In this document: piece after piece, positions 1 to 9,694 of the stretch | Numbering within the stretch: the stretch's first letter is position 1 | Layout: each line of letters begins with the position of its first letter | Assembly (NCBI GenBank): GCA_031268215.1 | Contig: JAIRXP010000051.1 | Coordinates: 43,992 to 107,991 of the forward strand | DNA from: Bifidobacteriaceae bacterium | GTDB lineage: Bacteria; Actinomycetota; Actinomycetes; Actinomycetales; WQXJ01 | DNA: 64,000 nucleotides | Direction of reading: 5' to 3' | Notes under the pieces: model-generated | Seen by the model: only the letters and a program-made list of their open reading frames with translations | What the model was told of the DNA's origin: nothing | The model's database searches: none | Program-made: the position numbers and the translations under genes

Positions 1-615
1 CCACCGGACGGTGGAGCGCCTTGGGGCGCCGGGCCGGATGCGTTTGGCTCGGCCTTTGGCGGTTACCCACCGCCGGCTGAGGATCCCTGGAGCGTGGCGC
101 CTTGGCAGCCGCCTCGCGGCCGGCCGGTGCGGACGCGTTCCGCGTTGGCGGACGCGGGTTGGGGTCTGGGCGCCCAGGGACTGGTCGGGGCGGTGCTGGG
201 CCTGGTTTGGTTGGCCATTTCTCCGCGTCCGCCGGCCCAGTGGGGCGGAGGATTCTGGTACGCCGAATCGGCCGCTGGATTCAACGCTGTCCAAGACATG
301 TCTTTCGCAGCGGTAACGGTGCTACCCGCGCTAATGGTTGGGCTAATGCTGGTCTGGTGGGCGGGACGTCCCCATCCGATTCGCCGCGCCGCTTGCTGGC
401 TGGGTGGTTCATTTCTGGGCGCCGGTGCGTGCTGGCTGTCTGGGACCGCTTTGGGGGGCGGGCTGACTGTCCCGCCAGCGGAGTTAGGGGTGGCCGTGGA
501 ATCTGCCCCTCTGGCGCTGACCGCCTGGGGGCTGCTTTTCTTGTGGCCGTTCGCGGCATCCGCAGTGTTGGGGCTGTCTTTGGCGGCACGCGCCGCCTTT
601 GGTCGCACCTGGTGA
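1..615 (+). CDS. membrane protein, 5' end outside the window (Pro/Gly-rich N-terminal region followed by about 4 hydrophobic helices)
   Basis: The frame of ORF 94..615 stays open back to nt 1 (PPDGGAPWGAGPDAFG...). Hydrophobic segments: LVGAVLGLVWLAI, AAVTVLPALMVGLMLVWW, ACWLGGSFLGAGACWL, LTAWGLLFLWPFAASAVLGL. No family recognised. Confidence 0.5.
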   Translation, partial: PPDGGAPWGAGPDAFGSAFGGYPPPAEDPWSVAPWQPPRGRPVRTRSALADAGWGLGAQGLVGAVLGLVWLAISPRPPAQWGGGFWYAESAAGFNAVQDMSFAAVTVLPALMVGLMLVWWAGRPHPIRRAACWLGGSFLGAGACWLSGTALGGGLTVPPAELGVAVESAPLALTAWGLLFLWPFAASAVLGLSLAARAAFGRTW

Positions 616-649
616 GTAATGGCGGGCGCTGGCCGCTCAGCGAATAGAC

Positions 650-2017
650 TTGGTTTCCGTGTTGCGGATCATCGACTTGCGGGGGCCTAAGGCCTTGACG
701 GCTGAGCGGATTGAGGCGTCACTGCCCCGAGCCGAGGTGGATGTCGATGCCGCGATTCGGGAAGTCCGGCCCTTGCTGGAGGACATCGCCGGGCGGGGTT
801 TAGCGGCCCTGGAGGAGCAAGCGATCCGGTTCGATGGCGTCGCGCCGCCTCAGCTGCGGGTTCCGGAAAGCGAGCTGGCCAGTGCGCTGGCCGGCCTCGA
901 TCCGGCTGTACGCGAGGCCATGGAAGTGGCCATTGAACGGACCAGGCGGGTCCATGCCGCCCAGGTGCCGCCAGATGGAAGCGTTGAGGTAGCTCCCGGT
1001 GCCATCATTTCCCAGCGCTGGATTCCGGTTCGGCGAGTTGGCCTGTACGCACCTGGTGGCCTGGCCGTGTACCCAAGTTCCGTGATCATGAACGTTGTTC
1101 CTGCCCAAGAGGCGGGAGTGGGGGAGTTGGCGTTGGCATCCCCGCCGCGGAAGGACTTTGGCGGATGGCCACATCCAGCCATTCTGGCCGCCTGCGCCTT
1201 GTTGGGGGTTGAGGAAGTGTACGCCGCCGGCGGAGTCAGTGCGATCGGGTTGTTCGCCTTCGGCGTCCCGGGCGCCGTCAGAAAGGTGGATGTGATCACT
1301 GGGCCCGGCAATATCTATGTGGCGGCGGCCAAACGCTTGGTCCTGGGCAAAGCCGGGATTGACGCGGAGGCAGGTCCCACGGAGATCGCGGTGGTCGCGG
1401 ACCGGTCCGCCAACCCGGAGTTCGTGGCCGCGGATCTGGTTAGCCAGGCTGAACACGACCCGCTAGCGGCATCCGTTCTGATCACCGATTCACCGGAACT
1501 GGCTGCCTTGGTGGACGCGGCGACGGTGCGCCGCGCCCAAGCGGCGAGACACTCCGAACGGATCTGCCAGGCGCTGACTGGCCGGCAAAGCGGGATTGTC
1601 TTGGTTGAAGACTTGGACCAGGCGATTAACGTGGCCAATGTCTACGCCGCTGAGCACCTGGAGTTGCAGGTCGCGGATCCGGCCGCAGCGGCGGAATTGA
1701 TCGACTCGGCGGGGGCGATCTTTGTGGGTCCGCACAGTCCGGTGCCGTTGGGGGATTACCTAGCGGGGTCTAATCATGTCCTGCCGACTGGCGGGACGGC
1801 CCGTTTCGCCTCAGCCCTGTCGGTCACTTCCTTCCTCAAGTCTGTCCAGCAGATTGAGTACAGTGCGGAAGCGTTGGCTGGGGTCGCGCCGCTGATCGAA
1901 GCCTTTTCTCAGGCGGAGGACTTACCGGCCCACGGTCAATCCGTGGCCGCGCGCCAAGGGGGCTCATGGGCGGGGCCGGGGGGCCGGCCCGCTGCCGGCG
2001 CGGGGGCGGTCAGCTAA
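650..2017 (+). CDS. hisD: histidinol dehydrogenase
   Basis: 455-aa ORF with typical HisD length and motifs (GPGNIYVAAAK, GPTEIAVVAD, SQAEHD, GDYLAGSNHVLPTGG). First gene of the his cluster. The start could be TTG 650 or GTG 656. Confidence 0.93.
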   Translation: MVSVLRIIDLRGPKALTAERIEASLPRAEVDVDAAIREVRPLLEDIAGRGLAALEEQAIRFDGVAPPQLRVPESELASALAGLDPAVREAMEVAIERTRRVHAAQVPPDGSVEVAPGAIISQRWIPVRRVGLYAPGGLAVYPSSVIMNVVPAQEAGVGELALASPPRKDFGGWPHPAILAACALLGVEEVYAAGGVSAIGLFAFGVPGAVRKVDVITGPGNIYVAAAKRLVLGKAGIDAEAGPTEIAVVADRSANPEFVAADLVSQAEHDPLAASVLITDSPELAALVDAATVRRAQAARHSERICQALTGRQSGIVLVEDLDQAINVANVYAAEHLELQVADPAAAAELIDSAGAIFVGPHSPVPLGDYLAGSNHVLPTGGTARFASALSVTSFLKSVQQIEYSAEALAGVAPLIEAFSQAEDLPAHGQSVAARQGGSWAGPGGRPAAGAGAVS

Positions 2018-3114
2018 TGGCCAGGTTGCCAGTTCGCGAAGAAATCGCCGCCGCAGCGCCTTATGGCGCCCCCCATCCGCCGGTCCCGGTCCGGCTGAAC
2101 GTCAACGAGAACCCTTATTCGCCGCCGCCGGAGGTGGTGGAAAGCATTGTCCGGCGGGTGCGGGCGGCTGGCGTTGGGGTCAATCGCTATCCCGACCGGG
2201 ACTTCGCAGAATTGCGCTCAGCCCTTGCGGACTACCTGATCAGAGAGTCAGGCGTGGCGCACATTACGCCAGAAATGATTTGGGCCGCCAACGGCTCAAA
2301 CGAGATCATGTTGCACCTCCTCCAGGCCTTTGGCGGCCCCGAGCGGGCCCTCGTCACCTTCGAACCGACCTATTCGATGTACCGAGAAATCGCCCGGGGG
2401 ACCTTTACAGACTGGAAGCCGGGCAAGCTGGAAGCTGATTTCACTTTGGACCTGGGGCACGGCATCGGGCATATTGACCGGGCTGATCCGCGCATAGTGG
2501 TCCTGGCCAGCCCAAATAGCCCGACTGGGACGGCGTTACCGTTCGCTACCATCGAGGCGATCGTGCGGCACGTGGAAGGGCGAGCGATAGTCGTGGTGGA
2601 TGAGGCCTACGCCGAATTCCGGCGCGTTGGGACGGCCAGCGCCGTCGAACTGCTGGAAAAGTACCCGCATGTGGCGGTCAGCCGGACCATGTCGAAGGCG
2701 TTCGCGGCGGCCGGTGTGAGGCTCGGATACTTGGCCGGTGACCCGGAACTGATCGGCTACCTGAGGACCGTACGCTTGCCGTACCACCTTTCAGCCATCA
2801 CCCAGGCCACAGCCTTGGCGGCGTTGGACCATGCAGGCCTGATGCTGGCCGCGGTGACCGAATTGCGCGAGCGCCGCGACCGGTTGGCGGGCGCGCTGGC
2901 GGCGATGGGATTCGAGGTGGCGGATTCGGACGCCAACTTTGTCTTCTTTGGGCGGCTGGCGGACCGACATGACGTTTGGGAACAACTGTTGGCCCGCGGG
3001 GTCATTGTCCGGGAAGTCGGACCGGATGGGTGGCTTAGGGTATCGGTAGGTACAGAATCCGAGACCTTGGCATTCTTGCGGGCTCTGGCCGAAATCCGGA
3101 AGGAGCTGGAATGA
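2017..3114 (+). CDS. hisC: histidinol-phosphate aminotransferase
   Basis: ATG at 2017 overlaps the hisD stop (TAATG), so the track ORF 1966 is a 5' over-extension. Class-II aminotransferase with a PLP-lysine context ([17 protein letters not shown]). Confidence 0.92.
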   Translation: MARLPVREEIAAAAPYGAPHPPVPVRLNVNENPYSPPPEVVESIVRRVRAAGVGVNRYPDRDFAELRSALADYLIRESGVAHITPEMIWAANGSNEIMLHLLQAFGGPERALVTFEPTYSMYREIARGTFTDWKPGKLEADFTLDLGHGIGHIDRADPRIVVLASPNSPTGTALPFATIEAIVRHVEGRAIVVVDEAYAEFRRVGTASAVELLEKYPHVAVSRTMSKAFAAAGVRLGYLAGDPELIGYLRTVRLPYHLSAITQATALAALDHAGLMLAAVTELRERRDRLAGALAAMGFEVADSDANFVFFGRLADRHDVWEQLLARGVIVREVGPDGWLRVSVGTESETLAFLRALAEIRKELE

Positions 3115-3710
3115 GTCGTAAAGCCACAATCAAACGCCAAACAAGCGAATCGTCGGTCCAGGTGACCCTGGATCTGGATGGCTCCGGCCAGTCGCGGATT
3201 TCAACCGGCGTAGGGTTCTACGACCACATGCTGACCGCGCTGTCCCGGCACTCGTTGATCGACCTGATCGTCACCGCCACGGGCGACTTGGAAGTCGATG
3301 CCCACCACACTGTCGAAGACACGGCGATAGTGATTGGCCAAGCGATCAAACAGGCTTTGGGCGACAAAGCTGGAATCGCCCGTTATGGCGAGGCGACGGT
3401 GCCACTTGATGAAGCCTTGGCTCAGGCCGTGGTCGACATCAGCGGGCGGCCGTACTTTGTCGCTTCCGGCGAACCCGACGCGCTGGCGTTCGCGCTGATA
3501 GGCGGGCATTTCACCGGCGCCCTGGCGGGCCACGTCTTCGAATCGCTGGCGATTAACGCTGGACTGACGCTGCACATGCGCGTCTTGGCTGGACGCGATC
3601 CTCACCACATTGTGGAGGCCCAGTTCAAGGCCTTGGCGCGGGCCCTGCGAGCCGCCGTTGAGCTTGATCCACGGGTCAAGGACGTGCCGTCAACGAAGGG
3701 CCTGCTGTGA
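3111..3710 (+). CDS. hisB: imidazoleglycerol-phosphate dehydratase
   Basis: 199 aa with HisB motifs ([34 protein letters not shown]). ATGA overlap with the hisC stop. Confidence 0.94.
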   Translation: MSRKATIKRQTSESSVQVTLDLDGSGQSRISTGVGFYDHMLTALSRHSLIDLIVTATGDLEVDAHHTVEDTAIVIGQAIKQALGDKAGIARYGEATVPLDEALAQAVVDISGRPYFVASGEPDALAFALIGGHFTGALAGHVFESLAINAGLTLHMRVLAGRDPHHIVEAQFKALARALRAAVELDPRVKDVPSTKGLL

Positions 3711-4534
3711 CCACTTTCCCCAACGGCGATTGGGACGACGCGCTGGCGGACCTGCTGGCCAGCGCTTCCGGGCAGGCCCTGGACGATGCCGCCGGTTCGC
3801 CTACCAGCGCCGGTGCCGTTGGCGGGACGGACACCCAGCCGCGAGAGACTCCTGAATCACCTCCTGGGCAGGAATTCGCCTTTGAAGTGCCGCCTCTCCC
3901 ATGGGGAGACAACGCCCCGGATGTGGCCGTATTGCTGCTCGGTGTCGCCGACAAATGGCTGCTGGCAGCCATCCTGAAAGGCCCCCAGATCGCCGCCCGG
4001 GCGCTGACCGCGGAGGGGTTGGGTGTGGCGGTCTTGGATGATCCGGCGGAAGAGGCAGCTTTGGAAGCCGCCCGGACGGCATCGGACACGCTGCGGGGAC
4101 AGCAAATCCTGTTGTTGCGCCGGGGCGAATCAACCGACCTGGCGGCGGGCGACATCCAGGCCTATCTGTACACAGATGGCGATGGGCCGCAGAAGGTGTC
4201 GCCGGGACTGGTGCTCGCCCAATCGCCGCAAGTGCTTGAGGACCTCCTGATTGACCCGCAGGCGGCCGCGCCGGCTTTGGCTGGGGCCGTGGACGTGAGC
4301 GGCCTTTCAGCCGCCGAGGCGATCGCGATTATTGGTCGGTCGGTCAGCGCGGCGCGTAAGGCCAAGCGGGCCCGGCGTCCGCGACACACTAGCGGCCACG
4401 AAGGCCGGAGTCTTGGGGTCCCGCTGGACCCCGACCCGGAGGCGACCCCAGACGCCGGTCCGGACGAGGCGCCACGCGAGCCAGGCGGACCGGACGGGAC
4501 TGAATCTCCGGACCAAACAGGACCGGCCAGATGA
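3707..4534 (+). CDS. hypothetical acidic, Pro-rich protein embedded in the his operon
   Basis: 275-aa ORF. GTGA overlap with the hisB stop and ATGA overlap with the hisH start indicate translational coupling on both sides. No recognisable domain. Confidence 0.6.
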   Translation: MTTFPNGDWDDALADLLASASGQALDDAAGSPTSAGAVGGTDTQPRETPESPPGQEFAFEVPPLPWGDNAPDVAVLLLGVADKWLLAAILKGPQIAARALTAEGLGVAVLDDPAEEAALEAARTASDTLRGQQILLLRRGESTDLAAGDIQAYLYTDGDGPQKVSPGLVLAQSPQVLEDLLIDPQAAAPALAGAVDVSGLSAAEAIAIIGRSVSAARKAKRARRPRHTSGHEGRSLGVPLDPDPEATPDAGPDEAPREPGGPDGTESPDQTGPAR

Positions 4535-5172
4535 AGGTCGTAGTCCTGGACTACGGATTCGGCAATGTTCGCAGCGCCATGCGCGCGTTGATCCGGGCCG
4601 GTGCCAACGCCGAGTTGACCGCTGATCCCCGAGCCGTGCGAGAGGCGGATGGCCTGGTGGTACCGGGGGTGGGCGCCTTCGCAGCCGTCATGGATGGTTT
4701 ACGGCGGGTGCGAGGACCGCAACTGATTGAGCGGCGGCTGGCCGGCGGGCGGGGCGTGCTCGGCATCTGCGTGGGCCTGCAAGTCATGTTTGAACGCGGC
4801 GAGGAACACGGTAACCCTGCGGAAGGCCTGGGCCAGTGGCCGGGCGCAGTCACCCGCTTGCGGGCCCCGGTGGTGCCACACATGGGCTGGTCGCCAGTTT
4901 CCGCGCCGGTCGGCACGACACTGTTCAAGGGCGTCGAGGACGAGCGGTTCTATTTTGTTCACTCCTATGCCGCCCAGGAGTTTCCGTTGGCGCCGGCCAG
5001 CGCCGGAGCGGCGTTGGGGCCGCTGGCCCCACCCCTGGTAACCTGGGGGGAACACGGTGGTCGGTTTGTGGCCGCCGTTGAGAATGGCCCGCTTTGTGCG
5101 ACCCAATTTCACCCCGAGAAGTCCGGTGATGCCGGCGCCCGTCTACTTGAGAACTGGATTAGGACCCTATGA
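4531..5172 (+). CDS. hisH: imidazole glycerol phosphate synthase, glutamine amidotransferase subunit
   Basis: 213 aa. Class-I GATase features: [15 protein letters not shown], catalytic Cys context GICVGLQ, and C-terminal FHPEKSG. Confidence 0.93.
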   Translation: MKVVVLDYGFGNVRSAMRALIRAGANAELTADPRAVREADGLVVPGVGAFAAVMDGLRRVRGPQLIERRLAGGRGVLGICVGLQVMFERGEEHGNPAEGLGQWPGAVTRLRAPVVPHMGWSPVSAPVGTTLFKGVEDERFYFVHSYAAQEFPLAPASAGAALGPLAPPLVTWGEHGGRFVAAVENGPLCATQFHPEKSGDAGARLLENWIRTL

Positions 5173-5900
5173 CCGCTCCCCTTGAGCTACTGCCCGCTGT
5201 TGACGTCGCTTCCGGACAGGCTGTGCGCCTGGTCCAGGGAGAGGCCGGCAGTGAGACCTTCTACGGTGATCCGCTGGCCGCCGCCATGGACTGGCAACGC
5301 GGCGGTGCCTCATGGGTGCATCTGGTCGATCTGGATGCGGCCTTTGGACGTGGCTCCAACGCCTGCCTGCTTGACGGCGTGGTCGCCGCTCTGGACATCA
5401 AAGTTGAGCTATCCGGGGGCATTCGTGACTCGCAGTCACTGCGGCGCTCGCTAGAAACCGGAGCCCAACGGGTCAACATTGGCACCGCCGCTTTGGAGGA
5501 CCCCGAATGGACTCGGCAGATTCTGGCCGAATACGGTGACCGCGTGGCCATTGGCCTGGATGTGCGCGGTGAAACCCTGGCCGCCCGCGGCTGGACCGAA
5601 GATGGCGGCAACCTCTGGGAAGTGCTGGAACGCCTGAACGCTGATGGTTGCCGGCGTTATGTTGTTACTGATGTGACCAAGGACGGCACTCTGCGCGGTC
5701 CTAACCTGGAACTGTTGCGGGCTGTTTGCGAGCACACGGACGCTGCGGTGGTGGCCTCGGGAGGGGTTTCGTCGCTTGATGACCTGGCTGCCTTGCGCCA
5801 ATTGGTGCCTTTGGGAGTCGAGGGCGCGATAGTCGGCAAGGCCCTGTACGCCGGGGCGTTCGCGCTGACGGATGCCCTTCAGGTGGCGCAGGGCGAATAA
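5169..5900 (+). CDS. hisA: phosphoribosyl isomerase (HisA; actinobacterial PriA-type)
   Basis: 243 aa. [19 protein letters not shown]-terminus, (beta/alpha)8 HisA family motifs ([17 protein letters not shown]). ATGA overlap with hisH. Confidence 0.9.
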   Translation: MTAPLELLPAVDVASGQAVRLVQGEAGSETFYGDPLAAAMDWQRGGASWVHLVDLDAAFGRGSNACLLDGVVAALDIKVELSGGIRDSQSLRRSLETGAQRVNIGTAALEDPEWTRQILAEYGDRVAIGLDVRGETLAARGWTEDGGNLWEVLERLNADGCRRYVVTDVTKDGTLRGPNLELLRAVCEHTDAAVVASGGVSSLDDLAALRQLVPLGVEGAIVGKALYAGAFALTDALQVAQGE

Positions 5901-6116
5901 CACCAACGGCTTGGCGGGCCGCGATCGCAGGTGCCTGCCGCCCGAACGGGGTGAACGGGACTCCCGCCAGACTCTGCTATCGTTTTGCGCGGAGGCTCCT
6001 AAGGTCCATTGGAGGATCTTTAAGGCCCTTTCCCGTACCGGCTGTCTTTTCTGTATTAACGGTAGGGGGGGCATCCCGGCAGTCTCTGGTGTGACTCAAG
6101 AAGGAGACTCAAGATC

Positions 6117-6731
6117 GTGAGTCAAAACAACTACGCGCTGTGGCGGCCGAAGAGCCCGGAGCAGCGTCATGGCAAGATCAAACGGGCGTTGTCTGCCGGC
6201 GTGATCGCCATCGCGCTGGTAGCCGGAGGTTCCGTGGCCAGCTATGCCGATTCGATCAGCCCTTCGAAGGGAGCTTCGACCGCGATTTTCACCCGGTACA
6301 ACGCCAAGAAGCAACAAGAGGCCCAGGCGAAGTTTGACTACGTCAACGTGATTCGCCAAGCGACTGCGAAGACGGGCTACTACTCGGTGGCCAGGGGTTG
6401 GATTCGTGACCGCATGCCGAAAGATTCGCAGAAAGCGTATGCCTGGCAAACCGCGGAACGTGAGCAGATGACGACTAACTTCGGCGCCGGGGGCTATAAG
6501 GTCGACGTGGCGAAATGGAAGAGTGGCGGCACCCAAGAGGCCAACACGCGAACTGCGTTGGACAAAGAAGTGTCGGTTTCGGCGAACGTCTATCACTTCA
6601 AGGATCTCCCGGGAGGGCTGACCGGGCGTTGGAGGAGCAAGTTCGCGGTCTGTGTCGACGTGAAGTGGGCTCCTGACGCGTGCGCCAGCCCTTCGCCCAT
6701 CGTCTTCACGGGCCTTTGGCGGACGATGTAA
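6117..6731 (+). CDS. secreted or membrane-anchored hypothetical protein (Lys/Tyr/Trp/Asn-rich)
   Basis: 204 aa. GTG start 10 nt after AAGGAG. N-terminal basic region then a hydrophobic helix (ALSAGVIAIALVAGGSVASYA, with a possible signal-peptidase site after ASYA). By eye the composition is more A/T-rich than the neighbours. The stop abuts the next start. Confidence 0.6.
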   Translation: MSQNNYALWRPKSPEQRHGKIKRALSAGVIAIALVAGGSVASYADSISPSKGASTAIFTRYNAKKQQEAQAKFDYVNVIRQATAKTGYYSVARGWIRDRMPKDSQKAYAWQTAEREQMTTNFGAGGYKVDVAKWKSGGTQEANTRTALDKEVSVSANVYHFKDLPGGLTGRWRSKFAVCVDVKWAPDACASPSPIVFTGLWRTM

Positions 6732-7529
6732 TTGCGGCCGGAAACTGCGCTATCCCCAACTCCGCCCGTAGTCGAGGCCGACGCGATCTGTTTCGACTAC
6801 GGGCGGCGACGGGCACTCACCGAGGTGTCTTTCGCGCTGACGAGCGGCCTGTGTGCACTCCTTGGGCCCAATGGTGCCGGGAAGAGCACCTTAATCAGCG
6901 TCCTGTCTGGTCTTGTCAAGCCCAGTTCAGGTCGGCTACTTGTAGATGGCACCAGTCTGGATTCAGCCCGTGGCAGATCATTGTGGCGAGCACGGATCGG
7001 ATTCTTACCGCAGAATCCGCACTGGTCGGCGCCCATGACTAGTCGCGCCTTTCTGGAGTATTTCGGTCAGCTAAGAGGGCTGGCCAGGCCAGCGGCGCGT
7101 TCACGCGCTGAAGAATGCCTGGCCCTGGTCGGGTTGGATGACTGCGCCGGCCGGTCGTTGGATCAACTGTCTGGGGGCGAGGTGCGGCGGCTTTTCATTG
7201 CACAGAGCTTGGTGCATGATCCTCAATTGCTGGTTCTTGACGAACCCACCGCTGGCCTTGATCCTTTGGCACGCATTGAACTGCGCGAGTTGATCGACAA
7301 TATGCGTGACGGTCGGATCATAGTCATGGCCACACATCTGCTGGAGGATGTGATACATCTTGCTGCGATGGTCAAGGTCCTTGATCAGGGACGGCTGGTG
7401 TGGCAGGGGTCTGCGGCCGAACTCGGCGCGATCACGAGTCAAGCTGGCCAAGGTTCGTCGCGGCTCGGCTCTCCGGAAGAGCTCGGCTTCGCCGAATTGT
7501 TCGCTGACCACCGGGCGGAAAACGGATGA
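6732..7529 (+). CDS. ABC transporter ATP-binding protein
   Basis: Walker A GPNGAGKST, signature LSGGEVRR, Walker B LLVLDEPT. The TTG start directly follows the upstream stop. Confidence 0.88.
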   Translation: MRPETALSPTPPVVEADAICFDYGRRRALTEVSFALTSGLCALLGPNGAGKSTLISVLSGLVKPSSGRLLVDGTSLDSARGRSLWRARIGFLPQNPHWSAPMTSRAFLEYFGQLRGLARPAARSRAEECLALVGLDDCAGRSLDQLSGGEVRRLFIAQSLVHDPQLLVLDEPTAGLDPLARIELRELIDNMRDGRIIVMATHLLEDVIHLAAMVKVLDQGRLVWQGSAAELGAITSQAGQGSSRLGSPEELGFAELFADHRAENG

Positions 7530-8758
7530 GCGCCGCTAACTGGGCCCGGTGGGCGCCGGCGCCGGTCGGCATTGGGCTGGGAGCGTTCGCCCTGATTGAC
7601 GGCGGAGAGCCCGTCTGGTGGAGCGCGGCGAACGCGCTGAACGCCGTCACTGGTATCTCGATCGTTTACGGCCCCATTCTGACTGGTCTTTGCGCTGGTC
7701 TCTCGGTCTCGACAGTTCGATCAGGTGCGGTGGTCTTGGTACTGGTGCTTCCCGGGCGCGGAGCTGCGAGATGGCTGGGCCGGGAAATCCTGGGTTCGTG
7801 CGGACCGGCGCTAGCGGGCTTTGGGGTTGTCGCCGCTGCCGCACTGGCGGTGGCCGGATGGCACGGTTCGTGGCCGGGAATTGCCCCTTGGGGGCCGTTC
7901 CTCCTCGCCGCTCTGACGATTGTCGCTGCTTGTGCCGTTGGCTGGGCGCTTGGCCTGGTGGCCCCGAGTTGGTTCGCCCCGCCACTGGCGGCGGTAGCGT
8001 TCTATGTGTTGCCGGCTTTCGACATTGGCGGTTGCCGGACGCTGATCGAGTTCGCGGGTAGCACCCTGACCAATAACGCGCTGTACGGGCTCAAGCCCAC
8101 GGCGTTCTGGGCCTTCTGCGCACTGTATGTCGCCTTCCCCTTAGCCTTGGTCTTGGCGGCATTGTTCCGGTTTGGCCGAGACGGGCGGCAGGCAGTTCTG
8201 GCGGGCGTAGCGTTGGCCCTCGCCGGGGCGGTGGCCTACACGATCATCGCTCCCGGCCAGGGTGAGATCTTGCGGGCAGTGTCACGCGACGGCTGGTTCT
8301 GCGCGCCGGTGGGCGGGTCTGGTTCCACGGTCTGCTTGCCGCCTGAGCAGCGCCGCCGGGTAGGGGAGTTCGCTGAAGAACTGAGCGAGCTTGACGAGCG
8401 ACTGTTGGCCGTGGCACCCCAAAGCGGAGGGTGGCGGTACGAACCGCGAGTTGGCTTCCCGGAAGAAGGAGACGGACCAGTCATCGAGGTGGGCCTACCG
8501 GAGGGACCAGAGCCACCGCTGCGCGGTGACCTAGCCGAATTGGCTTCTTGGTCACTTGTTTGGTGCGGGCCGGACATCGAGTTGGCCCCTGAAACCGAGG
8601 AATCCCTAAGGCCGCTTCGGGCCACGGTCATGCTGTGGCTTGATCCGGGCACTTCCGAACAGTATTTGTCCTTCACCGGCGAGTATCCCGCCGCGGCCCC
8701 GACCCTGGATTCGGCCCGGGAGGCGCTGGAGACGGCAAAGTCGATATGCGGCAGTTGA
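7526..8758 (+). CDS. polytopic membrane protein with a soluble C-terminal domain of about 170 aa (putative partner of the ABC ATPase)
   Basis: 410 aa. ATGA overlap with the ATPase gene. About 6-7 hydrophobic helices in the first 240 aa, then a Cys-containing soluble region (WFCAPVGGSGSTVCLPPEQ...WCGPDIEL...KSICGS). No family recognised. Confidence 0.6.
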   Translation: MSAANWARWAPAPVGIGLGAFALIDGGEPVWWSAANALNAVTGISIVYGPILTGLCAGLSVSTVRSGAVVLVLVLPGRGAARWLGREILGSCGPALAGFGVVAAAALAVAGWHGSWPGIAPWGPFLLAALTIVAACAVGWALGLVAPSWFAPPLAAVAFYVLPAFDIGGCRTLIEFAGSTLTNNALYGLKPTAFWAFCALYVAFPLALVLAALFRFGRDGRQAVLAGVALALAGAVAYTIIAPGQGEILRAVSRDGWFCAPVGGSGSTVCLPPEQRRRVGEFAEELSELDERLLAVAPQSGGWRYEPRVGFPEEGDGPVIEVGLPEGPEPPLRGDLAELASWSLVWCGPDIELAPETEESLRPLRATVMLWLDPGTSEQYLSFTGEYPAAAPTLDSAREALETAKSICGS

Positions 8759-9375
8759 CCCATCTGCCGTGGATCAGCCGGTTTCCAGCGACCAGGGGGC
8801 AAGGCCGCGCGTTGCTTGGAGTCTTGATCGGCTTCGTCGCCGTCCTGGTGTGTCCAGCGGGCCTGGAAGACGCCCCGCTCAGAGATGGTGTTTCGGTCTT
8901 GGTGATCCAACTGTGTCCGCTACTGGGGCCGGCCCTGGCCACGTCCTGCTTCGCGTCGCCGGGCCGCCGGCTGGAGCGCCTGGTCGCGGCCCGCCGTGGG
9001 CCCAATCCGGTCGCGCTGCGGCGCGCCATGTGGGGTGCTTCGCTCTCCGTGGGCCTGGTCGCCGGGCCGGTCGCGGCGGGGTTGCTGCGGAACTTTCCCC
9101 TAGACCTGACCGCCGCTTTGGGCCGCAACGCTGTGTTCGGCATCGGCCTGGCCCTACTCAGCGCGGCACTGCTGGCACCCGCGGGCTCCTGGTGTCCAGT
9201 GGTCGCGACCGGTCTTGTTACTTGGGTGTTTGGCGGCCAGGATTCGTTCGGTTCGGTGGTTAGTTGGGCGTTCCTCTTGAAACCTTGGGAAGACTGGCCC
9301 TGGACCGTCGTCGCCGCGCTTATCCTCCTGGTTGGCTTGACTGTTTATGTCTTGTTTGACGGCCGCGAGGCATAA
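8746..9375 (+). CDS. polytopic membrane protein (hypothetical)
   Basis: 209 aa. 13-nt overlap with the previous gene. About 5-6 hydrophobic segments. Last gene of the four-gene unit. Confidence 0.55.
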   Translation: MRQLTHLPWISRFPATRGQGRALLGVLIGFVAVLVCPAGLEDAPLRDGVSVLVIQLCPLLGPALATSCFASPGRRLERLVAARRGPNPVALRRAMWGASLSVGLVAGPVAAGLLRNFPLDLTAALGRNAVFGIGLALLSAALLAPAGSWCPVVATGLVTWVFGGQDSFGSVVSWAFLLKPWEDWPWTVVAALILLVGLTVYVLFDGREA

Positions 9376-9486
9376 GCCTTGGTTCGCGCTCTGGATTGAT
9401 CGCGGTTCGCCGGCCGGCTCGTGGCTGACCCTTGCCGGTGCCGTGCCTGCTGCGGGAACGGGGCGCCCTGTACGTCGCGCCGCAGC

Positions 9487-9495
9487 TGGTATAGT
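9487..9495 (+). promoter_or_regulatory. candidate extended -10 promoter element (TGgTATAGT) for the infC operon
   Basis: TGGTATAGT sits in the 320-bp intergenic region, about 200 nt upstream of the infC start. No good -35 element was seen. Confidence 0.3.
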
Positions 9496-9694
9496 GGCCG
9501 GGACCGACCGCCGTTCTGGATGCCAGGGAGGCGGGGCGTAAGCGGAGGCCAATGGTCTTCCACCCGAACACCCACTGGGACTCGATCAGGTAGGACTGTC
9601 CCGGAATGGTCCGCGGTAGCGGCGAGGGAGTTGGGTTGGCTGGGGTTTTGACCTCCGCGCGCGCCACCAGACTACGCGCTATAAGGAGCGAATC

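Noticed and set aside
5901-6116. Possible c-di-AMP (ydaO-type) riboswitch upstream of the secreted-protein operon. It contains GGGGUGAA (about 5948) and CCCGCCAGACUCUGCUAUCG, reminiscent of conserved ydaO segments, and ydaO often precedes secreted cell-wall proteins in actinobacteria.
   Set aside because: The order of the elements differs from the motif as I remember it. The first pseudo-symmetric half (GGGGA.CCA region) is not evident, and I could not draw the stems. It is worth a cmsearch with the ydaO-yuaA model, but it is not supportable by eye.
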